From positions 64,790,001-64,854,000 of the forward strand of contig NC_045705.1 of the NCBI RefSeq assembly GCF_009834535.1: 64,000 nucleotides of DNA, written 5' to 3'. The notes beneath the pieces are model-generated. The model ran no database searches and was not told the origin of the DNA. It saw nothing but the letters and a program-made list of their open reading frames with translations. The stretch is from Camelus ferus (Eukaryota). Below are positions 20,431 through 35,400 of the stretch, piece by piece. The translations under genes were made by a program, and so were the position numbers. Every line of letters begins with the position of its first letter. Within the stretch, counting starts at the first letter, position 1.

Positions 20431-23400
20431 ATGGCAGGGATGAAGACAGCCATGGGGGACTACATTGACTCATCCTGGGAGCTGCGGGTCTTTGTAGGAG
20501 AGCAGGACCCCGAGGCCGAGTCGGTCACCCTCCGGGTCACAGGGGAGTCGCACATCGGTGGGGTGCTCCTGAAGATCGTGGAGGAGATCAGTGAGTGCCT
20601 GCTGCCCCTGCTGCCCACCGGGTCTCTTGGCACTTCCGGGCCAGCCCTGCTGCTCCGCGCTTGATAACCGAGTCACAGTGACTCAGGCACCAGCTTAATC
20701 ATTTGGTTCCAAAAAAGACATTTCCCCAGCTTAACTTCCCCTCCCTCCCACTGTCTTCCCTCCCTTCCTCCCACACCAGCTGGTTCTGCTAAGACCCCAA
20801 GGAGCAGACCCAACCACTGTCCCCCGTTCACCCACTTCTGGGGCAGGAGAGACCTTGCCTTCGATGAGGCAGAGGTCCCACTCTAGAGGTCTGAGGGGGG
20901 ACCAGAGGGGTCTCCTGGAGACTTGGGGGCCTGTTCCCACACTCTCTCCCGGGGCGGAAGCCCTCAGCAGGCTGGTGACAGGCCCAGCCCGAGTGGGAAG
21001 GCCCTGCCCCCACAGGAAGTTACAGCAGAGCTGCCTGTGGTATCAGCCCTGGAGGGGAGCGGGGCCAGTGACATGGGGGCTTCTCATCACCTCTCCCTGC
21101 TGGGGGTGGGGGCTGCCCCTTCCTGGGAGGGCAGCAGGCCCGCTCAGATAGCCAGAGGCGGATGTCAGGCCATGATAGTCCCAGACAGCTGGGTCCTGGG
21201 TCCTGTGGGTGGGGATGGGAGGGCTTCTTCCGACCCAGCCAACCCACCACGTGCAGCCCAGGAGGGAGGTCAGTAGGTGTACGGACAGGAGGGGGCCCCA
21301 GGGCAGCCCGGCCACAAGGCTGAAGTGGTGAAGGGAGCTTCCAGAAGGCAAGGCCCAAGGAGGCTATGAAAGCAGAAGTAGGGAGAGAGGGTCCTTCAGG
21401 GGACTGGGCGGCAGACCGAGACTCAGGCAGGCCTGGGCCAAGCAGGGCAGAGAGGGTAAAGACCAAGTGCCCCAAGAGAAGACCCGGTTGGGCCCAGGGC
21501 ATGGCCCACGGCAAAGCAAGAGGCCTGAACAAGGAGCCAGTAGGACCCCACTCCTCCACTTGCTGCTGGGCCCCTAGGGTTCAGTCCCTCCAGCTCCTGT
21601 CCCCTGCCCCGGGGACACTGTCCCCACTCCTCCGACTCTCACTTACTCCATAGTACATCAGATGTCTACTGATGCTCAGCCAGGCTGGCCCATGCCAGCC
21701 CCTGGCCTAAAGAGCAGCCAGGCAGGTGAGACCCACCCTTCAGCAGCTGGCATAGGGCCGAGTGTTGTCTTGGGGGTGGGTGTGTGTGCCAGGAGCAGCC
21801 AGCATGGGGACCTGGAGCCAGAAGATGGGCCTCACAGTCCAAGACAGGGGACTTCCCAAGAGAGGCCACTTAATATGCATCCTGGGAGGGGTCTGCAGCA
21901 GGGAGGAGCAAGGTGGGATGTTGGGGCACAGGAGCGTTGTGAATTTGTCAGTGTTTTCTGAGAAGAAACAAGGCTGGGGTGACAGCCATAAGGCATTGCG
22001 GACTCCATCCTGGAGGTGGAGAGAAGTGGCTGGAGGGTTTCCAGTGAGATACCCAAGGCAGGTCCCTCGGGTTGGGGTGGGCTGGAGGATGAACAGGAGG
22101 TAGCTTTTGGAGGTGGGATTGGCATGGATTAAATGCAGTGCCTAAAAGCAAAAGGGACGATGCTGGGCCTTGCAGGAGAGCTGTTGTCACGCAGCCCCCA
22201 GAGGTTGTGAGGAGAGGGGGTGCTTCTGTCCAGTGTCAGGCAGAGCTAGGTAAAAAGGAGCACCTTGGGAGCTGGGACTGTGAGTCATTGCATTTATAGT
22301 CCCAGAGCTGGGCACATGAGCTGGTGAACAAAGATTTCTGGAATGATCAAAGCCAATGGACGTGCCTCTTAACCAGTGGCTTGGGGATTTTGGGCTGGGG
22401 CTCACAGCAGGAAGATGAAACTGTAGACTAGGTGAGACCCCCCCCCCCCAGGAAGAGGCCGTGGCCAAGGAGGGAGAAGAGGCTCCTCCAACTGAACCAA
22501 ATGGGGAAGGATGGAGCAGAGGGGCCAACGAGACAAAACAAGGGCAAAGGATTGGGAGGAGAAGGAAGGTGGGTGCCAGAAAGCCAAGAACAGAGTGAGG
22601 GTGCAGCAGGGAGGCTCAGACAGACCCTCTCTCCATTCAGCTGCACTGCTGACATCAGGGCAGGAGGAGGAGGGAGGGCCGCGGGAGGGAGTGGAGCTGT
22701 GGTGGGACCCCTCCCCAGGAAGGGCTTTGACACTAGAGGGCTCTGCCTATCCTGTGTCTTTATGCTCACCTGGCACCAGTTCAGGCTTGTGGCTGGGGGT
22801 TGCGGGGGGTGGAGGACGGAGAGGAGAGCGCATATCCTTATCCTCCATCCGTAACCGCAGGACTGTGAGGTGTTCACATTTCTAACTGAATGTTTTCATG
22901 CGGCCCCATGTCTATGTCACAGACGCCAGGCACTTACCATGGGGCAGGCACTGATCAGTGTCCATTGCTACCTACATCTCAGAAACTGGGAAACTGAGGC
23001 TCAGAGAGGTTCAGGCCCTGGCCGAGGTCACGGAGCTAGTAAGCATTATATATTTATGGACTGCCTGCTGTCTCCCAAGCTCCCAGGAATGCCAGAGAGA
23101 GGCCATGAAGCCAGGAATTGTGGGAGGTGCTGTACAGCGGAGCCCCATGGGCTGGAGTGTGTGGAGTGGGGGCCCTAAGACTGGGGCGTCCGGACTCTGA
23201 GGTGGGGGGTCCCCCAGGGTGTTACTCCCTTCAGTAGTAGTGACTGAGCCCAGGTGGACAAGCAGGGTTAGCCAGCAAAAATGGTTCTGCAATGACCTCA
23301 ATCCTAGACCCCAAGCTGACCCAGCCTGGCCCTGCCTTTGGCCTGGGTAGGGGAGGGGCAGTCAGCACCTCTGAATCCCAGGCTTGTGCTCAGTGCTGGG

Positions 23401-26400
23401 GGCCAGGGCCTCCGAGGCTGATGTGCACCCCCCTGCCTGTGACCCCTCAGAGCGCAAGCAGGACTGGTCAGATCACGCCATCTGGTGGGAACAGAAGAGA
23501 CAATGGCTGCTGCAGACCCACTGGACGCTGGACAAATACGGGATCCTGGCCGATGCCCGCCTCTTCTTCGGGCCTCAGCACCGGCCAGTCATCCTGAGGC
23601 TGCCCAATCGCCGGGCCCTGCGCCTCAAAGCCAGCTTCTCCCAACCCCTCTTCCAGGCCGTGGCTGCCATCTGCCGGCTCCTCAGTGAGTCCCCCGCTGG
23701 TTCCCACTCTGCCCCCTGCAAGGGTCCTGCCAGGGTGAGGTCCCCTCCCTTTACAGGCCCAGCTATTGTCACCTTGTCCTTGCTGAACTGCTCCCCATCC
23801 TGCCTACAGGGCGGGGAACTGCCCCAAACTGCCGGTGAGTGGGGTGGGAGGAGGTCCTAGGGCAGGACCCTAGGCCTGGCTGAGGCCCCAGCTCTCCCCA
23901 GGTATCCGGCACCCAGAGGAGATGTCTCTGCTCCGGGCTCCCGAGAAGAAGGAGAAGAAGAAGAAGGAAAAGGAGCCGGAGGAGGAGGTGTATGATTTGA
24001 CCAAGGTCGTCCTGGCCGGGGGTGAGCACAGACTGGGCGGCCCAGGGTTGAGGCACAGGGGCAGGCTCAGGAGGCCTGGGGCTGGGGGCCGGGCCTGTTT
24101 GACCCCGGACCCGCACTCCAGGCATAGCACCTGCGTTGTTCCGGGGGATGCCAGCCCACTTCTCAGACAGTGCCCAGACTGAGGCCTGCTACCACATGCT
24201 GAGCCGGCCGCAGCCACCGCCGGACCCCCTCCTGCTCCAGCGCCTGCCCCGGCCCAGCTCCCTCTTGGACAAGACCCATCGCCACAGCAGGTGCCCCACG
24301 TGCTGGGTCTGCACCCAGGCCACATCCCCTTGGGTCTGGGGTCTGGGGTCTGGGCTCCCAGAGCCCACACCATCCCCTGAGTCCTGCTCGCCCCAGATCC
24401 ACTCCTGTCCCCAGGCCACTCCCATAAGCCTGTACTTGCCCCCAGCCCCCTGCCCAGCCCCCACCCTGTCCCACCGCACCTGGCTCTGCCCTGGCTCCGC
24501 CCTGACCCCGCCCCTGCCTCCCTGCGGCCCAGGTGGCTGGACTCATCGAGGTGCCTCATGCAGCAGGGCATCAAGGCTGGGGATACGCTCTGGCTGCGCT
24601 TCAAGTACTACAGCTTCTTTGACCTGGATCCCAAGGTGGGCTGGGTTGCAGAGAAGGGGTCTGGGTCAGTGGGACATGGGTGTCTGGGCTCTGGGAATGG
24701 TAGCCACTCACAGGGTCCCGTCCATCTGTCCATGTGTCCACCCACACCCGTTTACTAACTCCACCAACACCTGATGCCAACGCCTGTTTATTAATGGCTG
24801 TCAGGGAGGTAATGACCACAGCTCAGTGTAGACAGTGGCAGGTACCCCTGGGAAGTCTGCTCAGGCACCTGGCTCAGGGAAGGCTTCCTGGAGGGGTGGC
24901 CCTGGGACCTGCAGAAACTAGGGGCAGGTGAGGGACGAGGCTTTGCTGGCAGGCAGCAGTGTGCCTCTCTCCCTCCCTGCCTATCGTCCCCACCCAGCAA
25001 CCAATAGGCTCCATGCATCCGTCTCAAAAACCTCCAGGTGCTCCCTCCACCTGTGGCCCCGCTTCTCTGCGCCACTTCGCTGCAAAATGTCTAAACCCTG
25101 GAATCCAGTGTCCTTACTCCCCGGAAGCCTTCTGTGTGGGTGCCCCTCGACTCCCTCCCTCTCCTCAGCCAAATCTATCCCTGCGTCTTCCATCCCCACC
25201 CTGCCGAGGGGATGGTGCCCTCCATGCTACCTGTTCCCTGCTCAATTCCCCTCCACATCTGTCTTACTTGGCCACTTGGGGTCGCCATGCACTTGGGGGT
25301 CTGTAGCTGCTCCGCCTGGGCTCCTTGGCTCTTCTGTGTCCAAGGCCTCTGAGTGTTGTGAGCCCCAGGGCTCCATTTACAGCCCCCTTCTCTCCTTCCT
25401 TTCTCCCAGGAGTCTCTTCTCATGGATTTAAATATCTTGGTGCTCTTTATAGCTCTCAGATTTATCACCTCTGGCCCAGACATCTCTCCCCTGAGCTCCA
25501 GACTCCTGTGTCCACCTGGCCGTCTCTGCTCTGGTACCTAACAGGCACCCCAGGCTCCTTCCTGAAACAGAGCTCTTGATTCGGGTCTGCCCAGCACATC
25601 CTCCCACTATGGACTCATTGTAAAAGCCTCGCTCTCACCCCATTCTGGAGCCTTCCCTTTTGCTCTCACCTCACCCCTTATTGTGCCCTGTTGTGTCTTC
25701 CTTGAACTAAAATCCTGAACCATTCACTCCCTTCTGTCTCTTCACCCGTCCAGCGGCTGCCTCTCTCTTGTGGGTTACTGCAGCCCCTCCTAATGGACCC
25801 CTCTCCTCTCTTGGCCTCCCCAACCTCCACGCAGCATCTGGAATGAACACTTGCAAGTGGTGCATCAGGTCCTGTCATTCCTGCTTAAATGGCTCCAGTG
25901 GCTGCCTATGGCCCAGCAGCCATGCCAGTGCCTGCAGGACCAGGCCCATCTGGCCCTGGAACGGCCCCGCCCCACCCACTCCCTCCCACCCACCCCGCCC
26001 CCTTTCTGCTGCCCCCACATCCCTGTCCCTTCCTCCTGCAGACTGTTGTTCCTTTCTCCCATCTTCCCTGCCTTCTTTTGGATTGAGGAGTTTGCATGAG
26101 TCTGTTTGTCTCCTTTATATTAGCGTATTAGCTATGCTGATTTTTAAAACTTTTGGTAGTTGCTTTAGGTGTTATAGGACACATAAACTATTGCCACCAA
26201 GTAATCCACTGCTTCACTGCAGTGTAAGAAGCTTACAACAGGAGAGATGCTCCGCTTCACCTCCTGGCCTCACACACTCTGCTTCTACTGACGTCACAGC
26301 CCACAGTACACTGTCGTTCTTGTTGCTGTTATTACTATGATGATGGCTGTGTTGAGCAATGATTCATCACCATAAAATTTGCCCATTTAAAGCATACAGC

Positions 26401-29400
26401 TCAATGGCTTTTAGTGTTTTCACAGAGTTGTGCAACCATCACCACAATCAGTTTTAGAACACTTTCAGCATCCTCAGAAGAAATCTCACACCAATTAACA
26501 GTCACTCCCCATTTATGCCCCACCCCTCAGCCCCTGGCATTGATTAATCTCCTTTCTGTCTCTATAGATTTATCTATTCTGGACATTTCTTTTTGTTTTT
26601 ATTTTTATTTTTTATTGAAGTATAGTTGATGTACAGTGTTTCAGGTGCATAGCAAAGTGATTTCGTTATACATGTATATATATGTATTTTTTTTCAGATT
26701 CTTGTCCATTATAGGTTGTTACGATACTGAATACAGTTCCCTGTGCTAGACAGTAGGTCCTTGTTGTTTGGACATTTCATGTATATGGAATATGGAATCA
26801 TACACTACGTGGCCTTTTGTGGCTGGCTTCTTTCACTTAGCATAATGTTTTTTTTTTTTAATAAAGGTACTGGGGATTGAACCTAGGAGCATTTGATCTA
26901 CCACTGAGCTATACCCACCGCCCCTGAACATTTTCAATGTTCATCCATGTGTCAGTGTTTCGTTCCTTCTTATTGCAAAATAATATTTCATTGTATGTAT
27001 ATGCCATATTTTATTTATCCATTCATTAATAGACATTTGTTATCCCCCCCTACTTGTTGGCTGTTATGAATAATGCTGCCACGAATATCCACGTACAAGT
27101 TTTAGAGTGAACAAATATTTTCACTTTTCCTGGATGTAAACCGAGAAGTAGAATTGTTAAGTCATCATCATGATCATTTTCACTTTAACTAGTCCATTAT
27201 TTTTTTATGAAACTTTTGTTTTGCGATAACCGATAACCACGGGTTCCCAGACAGTCCTCAGAACTAATACACGGAGATCCCAGACACCCGGGGGACTCCT
27301 TACCCAGCTTCCCCAATCAGTAGCACAACCAGGACCTTGATGTGACGCAGCCAGGATACAGAACAGTTCTCATAGCCAATTGTCCTAAAAATACATCTTA
27401 AACGTATGAAAAAAGTCTTTTCTACCCGCCCACAAGCTCACCATTCCCTGTGCTCTTTAAAAAAAAAAATTTTTTTTTCTTGATGGAGGCACTGGGGATT
27501 GAACCCAAGACCTCTTGCATGTTAAGCATGTGCTCTGCCCCTTAGCTCTACCCTCGCCCTTCTGTGCTCTTTATTCTCAAAATACAGAGCTGGATTTCCA
27601 GCGGGAATCACTTTCTGTCTGCCTGAAGGACTTCCTTTAATATTTCTTGTAGAGTTGATCTCGACAAGAATGGTGATGAATTCTTTCAGGCTTTGTATGT
27701 ATATCTGTATAAGCCATTATTTTGCCTTTGTTTTTTTCATTGAATATTTTTTCAAAAAAATTTCTATGCTTTTGATTTTTAAATTTTTATTTATTATTTA
27801 TTTGTCATCCATTTTAAAATGTGTTTTCTTTTTTTTAAAGAATTTTTTGGTAGGGGTAGGTAATTAGGTTTGTTTATTTTTAGAGGAGGTACTGGGGATT
27901 GAACCCAGGACCTCATTCTACCTCTTGAGCTATGCTCTTCCCCCTCTTTGCCTTTGATTTTGAAAGATATTTTTACTCGGTGCAGAGTTCCTGGTTGATG
28001 GTTCTTTTTCCTTACAGTGCCTTGATGCTGATGCCTCCTGGTCTCGAGGCTCACACTGCTTCCAGCAGCCGACCTGCTGTCTCTGTGCTCATCTGTATGT
28101 GACATGTCTTTTTTTTCTGACTGCTTTTATGGCTTTCTCTTTATCACTGGTTTTGAACAACTTGATGACCATGTGCCTCAGTTTGCTTCAGGTTTCTCAT
28201 GCTTGGAGTTCATTGAGCCTCTTGAATCTGAGTTAATAGTTTTCATCAAATTTGGAAAATTTTTGGCCTTTATTTTTTCAGATATTTTTTCTGCACCTCC
28301 TCGTCCCTTACGGGATTCCGGTTACATGAGTATTAGGCTTCTTAAAATTACCCACAGCTAATGGATGCTCTGTTCAGTTTTTTTTTTTTTTTCTCATCTT
28401 ATTTTTCTGTGTTTCATTTTGGATAGTTCTATTGCTTTATTTTCAAGTTTACTAATCTTTTCTTCTCCCATGTCTAATCTGCCATCAATCCCCTGCCTAG
28501 AAGTTCAGTTGTGACCTTTTTAATATTTTCCATCTCTCCTTAACAGGCCCATGCTTTCCTCTGCCTTCTTGAACATACAGGATATATTTTAAATACTTTT
28601 TTTTAGTGTTTTTGTCCATTAATTCTACTATCTGTGTCATTTCTGGATCTATTTCTATTGACTATTTATCTGTTCATTATGGGTTGTATTTTTCTGCTTA
28701 TTTTCATGCCTCGTGGTAATTTTTTATTTGATACCAGACACCATACTATAAACTTTATGTTCTTGGGTGCTTGATTTTTTTTTTTGGTAGTCCCTTAAAT
28801 CTTTTTAAACCTTGTTTACAGATGAAATTAAGACAATTGGAAACACTTTGATCCTTCTCAAACTTGCTTTGAACATTAATTAATAATTGTAATTTATAAT
28901 AATTCAATAATAATGAATTAGACCGGACAAAAGCATCTTTTAGTCTAGGGCTAATTTACTTCATTACTGAGACAATAGCCTCCTGAGTCTTCTGACATGA
29001 CATATTGTGAGGTTTCTCTAACCTATGTTTGGGAATGTGAAATATTCCCACCCAACGTGAGCTCTGATTAATGTTCTACCAGCTCCTCTGCAGTGTTTTC
29101 TTCCACCAGCCTTGAGTAGTTTCCTTACACACATAGGCTGATCAGTACTCAGCTAAAGACCTAAGAGGAGCCCTCTGTGATCTCCATCCAGAGCTCTCTC
29201 TCTGTGCAGCTCTCTCTTCTCCAGCACTCTGTCATGTGAACTCTAGCTGCCTTGGACTCCCCAAATTCTCAACTGCATCTTCTTACCTGCTGGGCTCTGT
29301 TTGAGGTCCTCCTCCCTACTACGGGGAGCACACTCACTCCAGAAAGTAAGCTAGGCAATCTCAGGATGCACTTCTTTATTTCTCTTCTTTCTCTCTCTGT

Positions 29401-32400
29401 GGTCTGTTGTCCAATATCTTTTTTTCTTTTTTATGGAGGTACTGGGGATTGAACCCAGAACCTCACGTATGCTAAGCATGTGCTCTACCACTGAGCTATA
29501 TGTACCTGACTGTTGTGCAATATCTAAAAACTGTTTGGTTGTTGTTGTTTTCCTTGTTTTATAAATTTTATTTTATTTATGTATTTTTTAATTGATGTCT
29601 AGTTGATTTACAATTAGTTTCTGGTGTATAGCTTAGTGATTCAGTTACATACTTATCTATACATATTCTTTTTCATTAAAGTTTAGTCCAAGATATTGAA
29701 TATAGTTCCTTGTGCTATACAATAGGACCTTGTTGTTTATTTTATATATAGTAGTTTGTATTAAATTTAATTTTATTTTATTTTAAACATTTTTATTGCG
29801 TTATAGTCATTTTACAATGTTGTGTCTAAATTTTATTTTTAATCAAAGTAATATATGATGGCTTAAAGAGTTGAATGGTCCCAATAGAATAAAAACAACA
29901 ACAAAAAGCAGTTCCCTTCTCACCTCTCCTTATCCTGGATTTCTCATCCCTAGAGACTGTAGATTTTAACTCTGTAGCTTTTTATTCTAGTGTTTATATC
30001 TGTATGACAAGCTTATATATGTCTCTTCCTTGATATTTCCATTTCACACATTACACATTCACTTTGTATGAAGATGAAGATTTAGCTGTCTTATGTGCTC
30101 CCTCCCTCCCCCACAACACACACATCTCTTTGCATCTTTCCAGTTGAGTTGTATTATGGCTTTTGGTTAAAACAACATGATTGTGGCTATAAATAGTAAC
30201 ACATAACTAGCATTCTTAGCTAAGCCACAGAATAACTATACTTCCTTCTTGGTCAAATTTTTCTTGGAGTTCATCATTGTTATATTTTTTAAAGTTTATT
30301 TTCTGGTAATTGTCTGTGTATAATTAGAAAAGAGACCCCAAAGGCTAGCTGGACATTCTCTGAATCTGTGGCTTGCCATGGGGAGTCTTCATGGTGATGA
30401 GGTGGGATGTTCCATAACCAAGCCCCTCCAGCATTGCAACCCAACCACAATACTCCTTTCAAAATAGTTGATTACTTTAGGATATCAGTCAGTGTTATTT
30501 TCTGGCCAGAACCATGGAATGGTGGCAGTCTAGACCCAGCACTTGGCCATTGTCCTTGAACTTCCCTTCACTATTTCCTAGGAACTCCTATATTAGACTT
30601 TTGGTTCCTAGCTCTCTTGTGTTCCTTTTTCTTGACTGACTCCCTCATCTTGATGGAGTATATATTTCAACAGCTTCCCCTAAAATGGTAAAATAGTAAT
30701 AGCTTCCCCTAAATGATTTGAAATCCTGCATGTTTGGAAAGGTGGCTATTCCCCTCACTTGTGTGATAGGAATAGAATTCTAGGTTTGAAACAGTTTCCT
30801 GCCAAATTTTGAAGCCACCTTCTCATTGTCCTTCAGTTTCCAGTGTTGCTGCTGAGGAGTCTGATGCCATTTTTATTTTCAGTTCTTCCATGTGTGGCTC
30901 TTTTAGTTTTTCTTGGAGGGGAGGGGAGGCACTATAGGTTTTTAAGAATCTTCTTCTTACCTCTTGATGTTTTAAAAGCTCTCAATAGTATGTCCTGGCA
31001 TGAGTCTTTCTTCAGTGATGGGCCTGCATACTTTCCAAGCCCTTTCAAATAAAAAACCTGGGTCCTCCAGTTCTGGAAATATGTTCTATACAATGTCTTT
31101 AATAATTCCCTCCCCTCCATTTTTCTTTTCTTTTCTTTTTTTTCCTGGAACTTAGTAGATATTAGACCTTCTGGGTTAATTTTTTAAATTAGATATTGCC
31201 GGGTAGGGGGTATAGCTCAGTAGTAGAGAGTGCTTGGCATGCACAAGGTCCTGGGTTCAATCTCCAGTGCCTCCATTAAGGGGAAAAAGTAAAAATAAAA
31301 AATAAATTAAATTTAAAAAATAAAATAAAACAATTGTAAATATACATATTTTAAAAATTAGACATTTATCTTTTCTTCCTTTTTTTATGCTTGTCTTTTT
31401 GTTCTACTTTCTGGAGAGTTCCTTAAATTACCTTTCAAATGATCTATTGAATTTTCAATTTCTGCAACTGACTTTTTAAATTCTAAGAGGCTTTATTTTC
31501 TGAGTTTTCCTTTTTAGTGCGTGTGTGTGTGTGTAACATACATTTAGAAATATTCACAAATATAACCAACACATCAAGCAAAAGAACTTCAGGAGCTTTC
31601 AGAATCCTCCCTCATACCCAGGCAATATCTCCCACAGGGGGAATCACTAATGTTCCTTCTAATGCCATAGATTAGTTTTGCCTGTATTTTAAATCTATGA
31701 TATCACACGGTCTATACTCTTTTGTGTCTGGCTTCTATCACTCAGCATTATGCTTGTATGATTCATCCATGTTGCATATAGAGGTAGCATATTCTTTCTT
31801 ATTGGTGTGTAATATTCCATGACATCAACATACCACAATTAATTTTCCATTCTACTGTTGATGGGCATTGTGCAATTTCCATATTGGCCTGTTATGAATA
31901 CAAATGCTATGAACATTCCAGTATACGCCTTTTAGTGAAGATATGCACACATTTCTGTAGGGTGTATACCCAGAGGTGGAACTGCTGGGTAACAGGGCAG
32001 GCATTGGTTTAGTTGTAGCAGATAATTGTCAAACAGTTTCCAAAGTGGCAGTCCCAATTTACAGCCCCATCAGTAGTGTATGAGAGTTTCAGTTGTTCTG
32101 TAACTTCACCAGCATGTGGTATTCCCTGTATTTTCCATTGTAGCCATTCTGGTAGGTGTGTAATGGTATCTCATATGGTATTTTGTTTGTTTTTTCAAGC
32201 AGCTTTACTGAGCTATAACTACATACCATAAAAATCACCCACTGTAGGCATTCAGCTTATTTTTAGTAAGTTTATACAGTTGTGCAACCATCACCACAAC
32301 CCAGTTTTAGAACATTTCCATCACCCTAGGAAGTTCTCTAGTGCCCATTTGCAGTCATTTCTCCTCCCACACCCAACCCCAGACAATCACTGATGTGCTT

Positions 32401-35400
32401 TTTATGTGGCTCTAATTTACATTTCTCTGATGACTAGCCATGTTGAGAAATTTTTCATATGGCTATTAGTCATTTGGGTATCCTCTTTTGTGAAGTTTCT
32501 GTTCAACTGTTTTGCCAATTTTTATACTGAGTTGCTTGTCTTTTTCATATTGTTCCTTAGTAGTTCTTTATATATTCTGCACATGAGTACTTTGTCAGAT
32601 AAATATATCATGAATATTTTCCCCGCTCTGTGCTTTGCCTTTTCATTCTCTTAATAGTTTATGTTGGATAAGCAGAAGTTCCTAATGTTAATACAATCTG
32701 TAGTTCTATTTTTCTCTAAAGGCTTTATTGTTTTAACTTTCATATTTAGATCTGCAATCCATCTGGAATTGATATTTGTATGTGGCATAAAGTAGGGGTA
32801 AAAATACATCTTTTTACCATATGGGTATCCAACTGACCCAGTTCCATTTATTGAAAAGAGCATCCTTTCCCCAGTGATGGCAAGATCACCTTTGTCCTAA
32901 GTCAGGTGAACATGTGTAGGTCTCTCTCCAACTGTTTCTTTGATTCCATCGATCAATTTGTCTCTCTTTGTCAGTGCCATGCTGTCTTAATTCCTTTAAC
33001 TTTATAATTACGTTCCTTTAAAAAACAACATTGTGTTCTTGTTTTATGAATGTGGTAGTTTGTCTCTGTAAGGATTTTGACCAGTGTTTGAAGTTTTTCC
33101 TGCTCCCTACTTTATTTCCTCCCAGCTCTTTCCCCCCCATTTGACTTGGTCTCTGTAGTTCATGCTAGCTAGCAGCTTTCTTTCAATGTGGGTAATCCCT
33201 GCCTGTCCTTTCATATTTAGAAGTAAGGCTCTACAAAGCCAATTGGAAACTCTGAGTGGATGAAGAGGGCTTGGCATTTTGGGGGCCTCCTGGGGGGGAT
33301 GGGGCAGGGATACTACTCTTTGTGGGGGTTTTCTGTTTGGCTTCTCAGCAGTGAAATCTCTGATCTCCTCACTGGGTATAGAAGGCTTGCTATCAATGTC
33401 TTTGGTGACAAGTAGGGAAGGGCTGGGGGTGTCTCACCTTTCAAAACACCAACTTTTTCTTAATTCCTTTGTTTTCAGGACAGTGAACCCCAACCCAGCT
33501 GCACCTAGAGTACCAAATGCAGGGGTACCTCTGGCTCAGCATCTCCAGAGAGCAAACCTCTGGCTTCTACCAGGTGCCAGCTGGTTGCCACTTAGGTGCA
33601 GGGAGTGGGAAAAAACTGCTCCATTTAGAGACTTTCTCTGGTCCTCATTTCAGCCCACCCTCACCTCTCAGCCAGAGGATCCCAGACTGGAGACTGTCCG
33701 CTTTGTGAACTGGATCTTTTGCTCAGATCTTAGTTCTTTTTGCTGTTTGTTCTCTGATATTTTCAAAACTCTTTAGTGCCTTCACCATAGAACAAGACAG
33801 GGAAAAGGGCGTGAGATCCTAGCTCTTCCTCCCTGCAACTCAGTTCCCATCCATGTTTTCACTACCCATCTTCCAAAATTTTGTTGGCGTCTCTCACCTG
33901 CTGTAGTCCTCTCTCTCTTGTCCTTTTCGGTTTACCCTTTTTATGCTGTCAGTTCTGGTGGGTTTCAGAAGGAGTGTGGGCCTGATCTTCTGTGGGTAAC
34001 TGGGATCCCCTTTTGAGCTCCTTGTTCCTTCTCTCTGGAATAGTCTTCCTATCACTCTTCCCTTCAGTGGCCTGTTGTCATCCCTCAGGTCTCAGTACAA
34101 GCATGTCTCCTCCTCAGGGAAGCCTTCCCTGAAAGCTTCCTCATATAGTGTAGCACCCCTGCACCCCAGTTCCATTCTCTCTCATCACGATCAAACTTGT
34201 GGGGTTCTTACCTGAGGGCATGAGTGAGCCACCCTTTGGAATCTATTTCCTTTTTTTGTCGGGGGAGGTAGTTAGGTTTATTTATTTATTTTTAATGGAG
34301 GTACTGGGGATTGAACCCAGGACCTCATGCATGTTAAGCACTCACTCTACCACTGAGCTATACCCTCCCCCACTGGAATCTATTTCCTCTATAGCTTTGA
34401 TTGCACTCTTGAATCACTTCACTTATTTATTGATTGGTTTACTCAGCCCCCCTTGTCCCTTCAGCAGCATGCAGGGCACACAGTAGACAGAGTAAGTATC
34501 TGTACAAAAAGTTTTAGAGGGACGAAGCTGCCACCTACCTGGGCAGATGGGGCCGGCAGCTAGGAGGCTGGGATTGGGGTCTGCTGCCTGTGTGGGGCCA
34601 CTCAGTGAGCTGGCACAGAGGGCAGAGCTGAGGGCTGAAGCGCGCAGGAGCTGGGTGCACAGGGTGCTCAGGGCAGTTGGCACCCAACCAACTCAGCCTC
34701 CTCCTCCCACCACTCCAGATAGACCCAGTGCGGCTGACCCAGCTGTACGAGCAGGCTCGGTGGGACCTGTTGCTGGAGGAGATTGACTGCACGGAGGAGG
34801 AGATGATGGTGTTTGCAGCCCTGCAGGTGCCAGGCAGGCCTGGGGGCCCGGGGCAGCTGGGTGCAGGCCAGGCCCAGGGCAGGGAGGGTCTTCCAGGGGA
34901 GGGGACCCATCTCCAGAAAGCCCAGCTGAGGGCACTGTTGGGCTGATGGGTGGCCTACTAAGCCCTTCCTGGCCGTGTGCCCCTCCCAGTACCACATCAA
35001 CAAGCTGTCCCAGAGCGGGGAGGTAGACGAGCCAGCCAGCACAGACCCAGGGCTGGACGACCTAGATGCAGCCCTGAGCAACCTGGAGGTGAAGCTGGAG
35101 GGCTCGGCGCCCACAGATGTGCTGGTGAGGAGGGGCTCTGGTCAGAAGTTGGGGTCAGGGTCAACTGCAGGGACCAGGTTCCCCCTGACTCCTCTCCTCC
35201 CCAGGACAGCCTCACCACCATCCCAGAACTCAAGGACCATCTCCGGATCTTCCGGTGAGTTTGGGCTGAGAGTTGGCAGCCCTGCTAAAGGGACCCAGTG
35301 TGGAGAGAGTCCAGGAGGAAGGGAGACAGCCTGTCCTGAACCTCCTGCCCTACCCTCAGGCCCCGGAAGCTGACCCTGAAGGGGTACCGCCAGCACTGGG

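Larger units (their letters stand above)
26330..33900 (-). mobile_element. Nested old L1 fragments filling FERMT3 intron 6
   Basis: Several antisense L1 3'UTR/ORF2-like tracts (about 26330-27180, 27580-28900, 29580-29830, 31500-33000), AT-rich, interrupted by SINEs; no intact ORF. Confidence 0.75.

Noticed and set aside
23870-24774. 212-244 aa ORFs on both strands at FERMT3
   Set aside because: Explained by FERMT3 exons read through short GC-rich introns and their antisense shadow.
25768-26340. 190-aa ORF in FERMT3 intron 6
   Set aside because: TTG start, pyrimidine-rich low-complexity sequence running into repeats.
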